IMG/VR virus record: IMGVR_UViG_3300034050_000143
DNA length: 20,000 nt
Origin: an uncultured virus (IMG/VR IMGVR_UViG_3300034050_000143)
Lineage: Duplodnaviria > Heunggongvirae > Uroviricota > Caudoviricetes > Crassvirales
Strand: one strand, 5' to 3'
Below the pieces are notes generated by a model. It was not told the DNA's origin. It did no database searches and was given only the letters and a program-made list of their open reading frames with translations. Below are positions 17,057 through 20,000 of this stretch, piece by piece (position 1 is the first letter of the stretch; each line of letters begins with the position of its first letter). The position numbers and the translations under genes are program-made.

Positions 17057-17839
17057 TTACATAAAGTCAAGCACTTGCGATGATTCTACATTCACTACTA
17101 ATTTACTTATTGCTAATTTTTTTAACTCAGAAATTCTAACATAAGCACTAGCACCTTTAAAGTCTAATATATCTGCTATTGATATAGCTGAATGTCTATC
17201 ACAGTCTAAACCATAACTTAATCTTAATACTTCTGATTCATTATGAGTTAAATGTTTTTTAAATATACTTAACAAATAAGAATTTAATAAATCTATATTA
17301 TACTCTTTAGATTTATCTTCGAAAATAGCACCGGCATAACTAGTTTCTCCATCAAAGAAATTGTCATCAGAACTATCAAAATCCTCATCTAAACTTTTAA
17401 ATATACTATTAAAGAACATTTCAACCATTTTTTCGTTGTCTGGATTCTTACGTATCTCATTTAATTTATGTTCAGGAATACGTATTGCTCCTCTATTAAT
17501 GTCTATTGCGCGTCTAATTGAACCCTTTATTCGTTTTGACAGAAACGATTTCAATGTATTTTCTTGATTGTCAGATTCATTTATTCTGTCCCAATCTATG
17601 TTGTCTATAGCTAGAATTAAGGCTATGCTACCTTCTTGTAACATGTCTGTTATATCCATTATTCCTGAAGCTTGGTCTGCGGTTGAAAACTTTCTAGCTA
17701 TATTTTCAACTAAAGGCATAAACACAATAATTAATTCTTTTTTACTGTATTCATCATAAGATTTATTTTCTATGTTAGATAAACATTCTTTTAAATCTTG
17801 TTTGTACCTAAGATAATTATCTATATTATACTTTTTCAT
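17057..17839 (-). CDS. Phage-encoded RNA polymerase sigma70-family factor
   Basis: Region 2 (PLVENIARKF...DMLQEGSIALILAIDN), region 2.4-3 (IRRAIDINRGAIRIPEHK) and region 4 (LTHNESEVLRLSYGL...IADIL...VRISELKKLAISKL). Confidence 0.92.
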   Translation of the reverse strand: MKKYNIDNYLRYKQDLKECLSNIENKSYDEYSKKELIIVFMPLVENIARKFSTADQASGIMDITDMLQEGSIALILAIDNIDWDRINESDNQENTLKSFLSKRIKGSIRRAIDINRGAIRIPEHKLNEIRKNPDNEKMVEMFFNSIFKSLDEDFDSSDDNFFDGETSYAGAIFEDKSKEYNIDLLNSYLLSIFKKHLTHNESEVLRLSYGLDCDRHSAISIADILDFKGASAYVRISELKKLAISKLVVNVESSQVLDFM

Positions 17840-18101
17840 TTGATTTTTCTTTATCTATTTTATCCATGAAATCTTTTATATCTCCAATAGTATATATTCC
17901 TTGTGCTGAATTATCTAATGGAAATACTCTAGTTTCATCTGGTAATCTAGATGCTAAAGGATTTAACCATCGTCCGTAATGTGACCTAAACCATATCCTT
18001 TCAAAGAAAGAATGATCTATATAATCTAATAACTCTCCTTCTTCATCGCATATCTTATCGATGTCTATCATACGCTGAGGTATTCCAAATGTTGTACTCA
18101 T
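17826..18101 (-). CDS. Hypothetical protein (91 aa)
   Basis: Overlaps both neighbours in operon fashion. Confidence 0.7.
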   Translation of the reverse strand: MSTTFGIPQRMIDIDKICDEEGELLDYIDHSFFERIWFRSHYGRWLNPLASRLPDETRVFPLDNSAQGIYTIGDIKDFMDKIDKEKSNEKV

Positions 18102-18313
18102 AGTCCTTTTTCTTTTTTATATATTAATAGTAATTTTTCTATTGATAATTTACCCATATCTTCAGTTGTTAAACTATCTAAATATTCTCCAAATCCAATA
18201 ACAAATTCATTAATAATTTTTAAAACTTTACCTGTGTGGTTATATTCTAATGGACAATCATTATAGCAATCCCAATACTGAGTATGTGGTCTAACTTGTT
18301 CTTCTAATGTCAT
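18098..18313 (-). CDS. Hypothetical phage protein (71 aa)
   Basis: 4-bp overlaps on both sides. Confidence 0.7.
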   Translation of the reverse strand: MTLEEQVRPHTQYWDCYNDCPLEYNHTGKVLKIINEFVIGFGEYLDSLTTEDMGKLSIEKLLLIYKKEKGL

Positions 18314-18927
18314 AATGTTTGATTTAAAAGTTCTTTTTCTTTTTTAAGTTCGTTACTCATGTTTCTGTAAACTGTTCTCGCAGAACAACCAAGATGTTTC
18401 GCTAGTTTCTCAACAGTGATTTTTTCACCATCATCATGAGTGTATAGCATAGCATCGTAAATCTCAGACTCTGATAATTTTTTACGACCAATAATACTTC
18501 CTACAATTTGTAGTTTCTGTTCTGCTGTTAACATGCAGAATTCTTTAAATATTATCTTACGTAACTTGTTTTTAGGCGGAGTTTCAAGATCTTGCATACT
18601 AACTTCATATATCATAGTTTTCAATAGTTGATCAGATATTGTAAATGTAATAAAGTTATTTGACTTATCACATATAAATTTACATATATTTTCTAATTCA
18701 TCTTGATTTAACTGAGGATTAAGATACCATATAACTAATATATGCCACTTAAGACTTCTATAAGTATTTATCTTAGCTTTGCTTCTGAATAACTCATAAC
18801 ATTCAAATGTTCCATTTTCATAATAATCACCCCACTCAAATCTATTAGTTGGTTGATCTTTAATTGGAAATTGTCTATATATTATTCTTTTGTTTACCAA
18901 GTACTTTATATTTCTATCATGTGACAT
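18310..18927 (-). CDS. DNA-binding protein with C-terminal helix-turn-helix (regulator or replication-initiator-like)
   Basis: ITVEKLAKHLGCSARTVYRNM is a typical HTH; the gene starts inside an inverted repeat. Confidence 0.75.
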   Translation of the reverse strand: MSHDRNIKYLVNKRIIYRQFPIKDQPTNRFEWGDYYENGTFECYELFRSKAKINTYRSLKWHILVIWYLNPQLNQDELENICKFICDKSNNFITFTISDQLLKTMIYEVSMQDLETPPKNKLRKIIFKEFCMLTAEQKLQIVGSIIGRKKLSESEIYDAMLYTHDDGEKITVEKLAKHLGCSARTVYRNMSNELKKEKELLNQTL

Positions 18928-18966
18928 TAGCCCCTTATTATTTATATATATACCCTATTGTCACAT
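18919..18966. promoter_or_regulatory. 12-bp inverted repeat (11/12) with 24-bp AT-rich spacer: operator/origin candidate
   Basis: ATGTGACATTAG (18919-18930) ... CTATTGTCACAT (18955-18966); spacer ccccttattatttatatatatacc. Confidence 0.6.
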
Positions 18967-19048
18967 TATCTTCATCATCATTATTATCTGAATCATTTTC
19001 TTTTTGTTTATTTCTCATATCCTCAAATAATTCTTTACTTCTTCCCAT
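18938..19048 (-). CDS. Small acidic peptide (36 aa), not in ORF track
   Basis: MGRSKELFEDMRNKQKENDSDNNDDEDNVTIGYIYK*; fills the gap between 19060 and 18927. Confidence 0.5.
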   Translation of the reverse strand: MGRSKELFEDMRNKQKENDSDNNDDEDNVTIGYIYK

Positions 19049-19059
19049 AACATTTGTAT

Positions 19060-19338
19060 TTAAGATATATCTTTTAATAAATTTTTTAGATCTGTTATTT
19101 TCTGTGAGCATTTAATTGCTAATTCATAATCTTGTTTTTTCTCTAAATCAAATAATAAAACATTTAACCTAGTTATTTCCATTATTATTTTATCTTTTTG
19201 ATCTATTTTTTGATGTACTTCTATTGGTACATTAGCTAATTCTAGATCTTGAATAAATTCTTTGTCTAACTCTTTTTGTTTACCGATTAATTTATCTACA
19301 ATTAAATCTGCGAATTTTTCCATTTCTTCATTTGTCAT
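19060..19338 (-). CDS. Hypothetical protein (92 aa), possible C-terminal UVR-like helical hairpin
   Basis: A-rich leader; C-terminal EKKQDYELAIKCSQKITDL resembles the UvrB/UvrC-motif pattern (weak). Confidence 0.65.
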   Translation of the reverse strand: MTNEEMEKFADLIVDKLIGKQKELDKEFIQDLELANVPIEVHQKIDQKDKIIMEITRLNVLLFDLEKKQDYELAIKCSQKITDLKNLLKDIS

Positions 19339-19350
19339 ATTTGTCTTTTT

Positions 19351-19394
19351 TTTATATTAATATTATCTAAAGTTAATTTATTTAAGTCTGTGTG
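19351..19394 (-). promoter_or_regulatory. Candidate early-type phage promoter
   Basis: Intergenic gap reading CACACAGACTTAAATAAATTAACTTTAGATAATATTAATATAAA upstream of the operon containing the HTH and sigma genes; no TAnnTTTG box. Positional inference only. Confidence 0.3.
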
Positions 19395-19404
19395 GTTATT
19401 GAAG

Positions 19405-19500
19405 TTAATTCTTTTCAAGCATTTTAATTATTAAAGATAATAATAAAAAAAATAAGAAAATTAAAGTTGACTTAATTTTATTTAAAATTTTTCTTATCAT
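19405..19500 (-). CDS. Possible tiny membrane peptide (31 aa)
   Basis: MIRKILNKIKSTLIFLFFLLLSLIIKMLEKN*; basic N-terminus plus hydrophobic stretch, but in very AT-rich DNA. Confidence 0.35.
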   Translation of the reverse strand: MIRKILNKIKSTLIFLFFLLLSLIIKMLEKN

Positions 19501-19591
19501 TATTTTTAATTAGATAGTTTATATATGTTTTTCCTAATACAACAATACCAACTAGTATTATTATAAATGTTGTTATTTTTATCTGTATCAT
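19478..19591 (-). CDS. Possible tiny membrane peptide (37 aa)
   Basis: MIQIKITTFIIILVGIVVLGKTYINYLIKNNDKKNFK*; ATG 1 nt after the stop of 19593..19856. Confidence 0.45.
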   Translation of the reverse strand: MIQIKITTFIIILVGIVVLGKTYINYLIKNNDKKNFK

Positions 19592-19592
19592 G

Positions 19593-19856
19593 TCAATCTA
19601 ATAACGTCATGTAAGATGCTGGACTTGAATCTTTGAACCACCAGAGACCATCATAGAACATCTTAGATAGACTACTATCTTCTGATCCAGAATTTAATAA
19701 AAATTCAGAACCTTTTATGAAGTCATACATACTTAACTCTTTAGCTGTTAAGTAACAAGAATGTCCACTGTATGGATTTGTTACTTCAGACCCTTCAGTA
19801 TAAACTTCTCCGTCAAACCAATCTGGTAGATTGATTTCTTTAATTTCTTTTTCCAT
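19593..19856 (-). CDS. Hypothetical phage protein (87 aa)
   Basis: A-rich leader (aaataaattaaaattATG); protein-like composition. Confidence 0.75.
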   Translation of the reverse strand: MEKEIKEINLPDWFDGEVYTEGSEVTNPYSGHSCYLTAKELSMYDFIKGSEFLLNSGSEDSSLSKMFYDGLWWFKDSSPASYMTLLD

Positions 19857-19873
19857 AATTTTAATTTATTTTA

Positions 19874-19999
19874 TTACCAAAAGTTAGGTATTGTGAAACC
19901 TTTACGTCTTATTACTGCTAATTCGTTTTTATTAAACACTTCTGAGTTCTTGACTTCGTTTTTATAGTTTGTGTATAGCACTCGTTCGTTTATACCGTT
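19874..19999 (-). CDS. 3' end of a CDS starting beyond the window
   Basis: Open frame NGINERVLYTNYKNEVKNSEVFNKNELAVIRRKGFTIPNFW* ending in TAATAA. Confidence 0.6.
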   Translation of the reverse strand, partial: NGINERVLYTNYKNEVKNSEVFNKNELAVIRRKGFTIPNFW

Positions 20000-20000
20000 G

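Noticed and set aside
18920..18965. CRP site (TGTGA...TCACA)
   Set aside because: Half-sites are 36 bp apart rather than 6 bp.
10343..19115. ORFs 10343-10543(+), 13821-14063(-), 13831-14034(+), 17361-17567(+), 17568-17759(+), 18864-19115(+)
   Set aside because: Nested in or antisense to well-supported genes; no leaders or motifs.
1..20000. Stop-codon reassignment, CRISPR array, DGR/reverse transcriptase, integrase, intron/intein
   Set aside because: Genes tile densely in the standard code (TAG ends ssb right after DDLPF; TGA is used in ATGA overlaps). I saw no spaced repeats, RT/integrase motifs or interrupted core genes by eye.

Overview
AT-rich dsDNA phage DNA, most likely from a podovirus-like phage of Bacteroidota/Flavobacteriia (inferred from Shine-Dalgarno-less A-rich leaders, the SSB type and the gene content). 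Two arms converge on a bidirectional terminator near 9.65 kb. The + arm (1-9596) encodes three probable internal virion/ejection proteins, including a 2443-aa giant. The - arm (20000 to 9704) runs from small early-type ORFs through an HTH protein whose start codon lies in an inverted repeat, a sigma70-family factor, ERF + PD-(D/E)XK exonuclease + SSB, a structured intergenic region, a primase-helicase and a nucleotide-metabolism/nuclease cluster. Main leads: (1) the giant protein looks like a modular polyprotein with an HExxH zincin motif, recurring KFSL linkers and a segment aligning with region 2 of the phage's own sigma factor, suggesting a virion-delivered sigma-like module; (2) the thymidylate-synthase homologue carries the dCMP-specifying Asp and T4 gp42-like motifs and sits beside a GIY-YIG-like::MazG fusion and a second NTP-pyrophosphatase, suggesting cytosine modification; (3) a GC-rich multi-stem RNA with possible switch/antiterminator pairing precedes the primase-helicase; (4) an operator/origin-like inverted repeat covers the HTH gene start. 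All calls come from reading motifs by eye; no searches were run.
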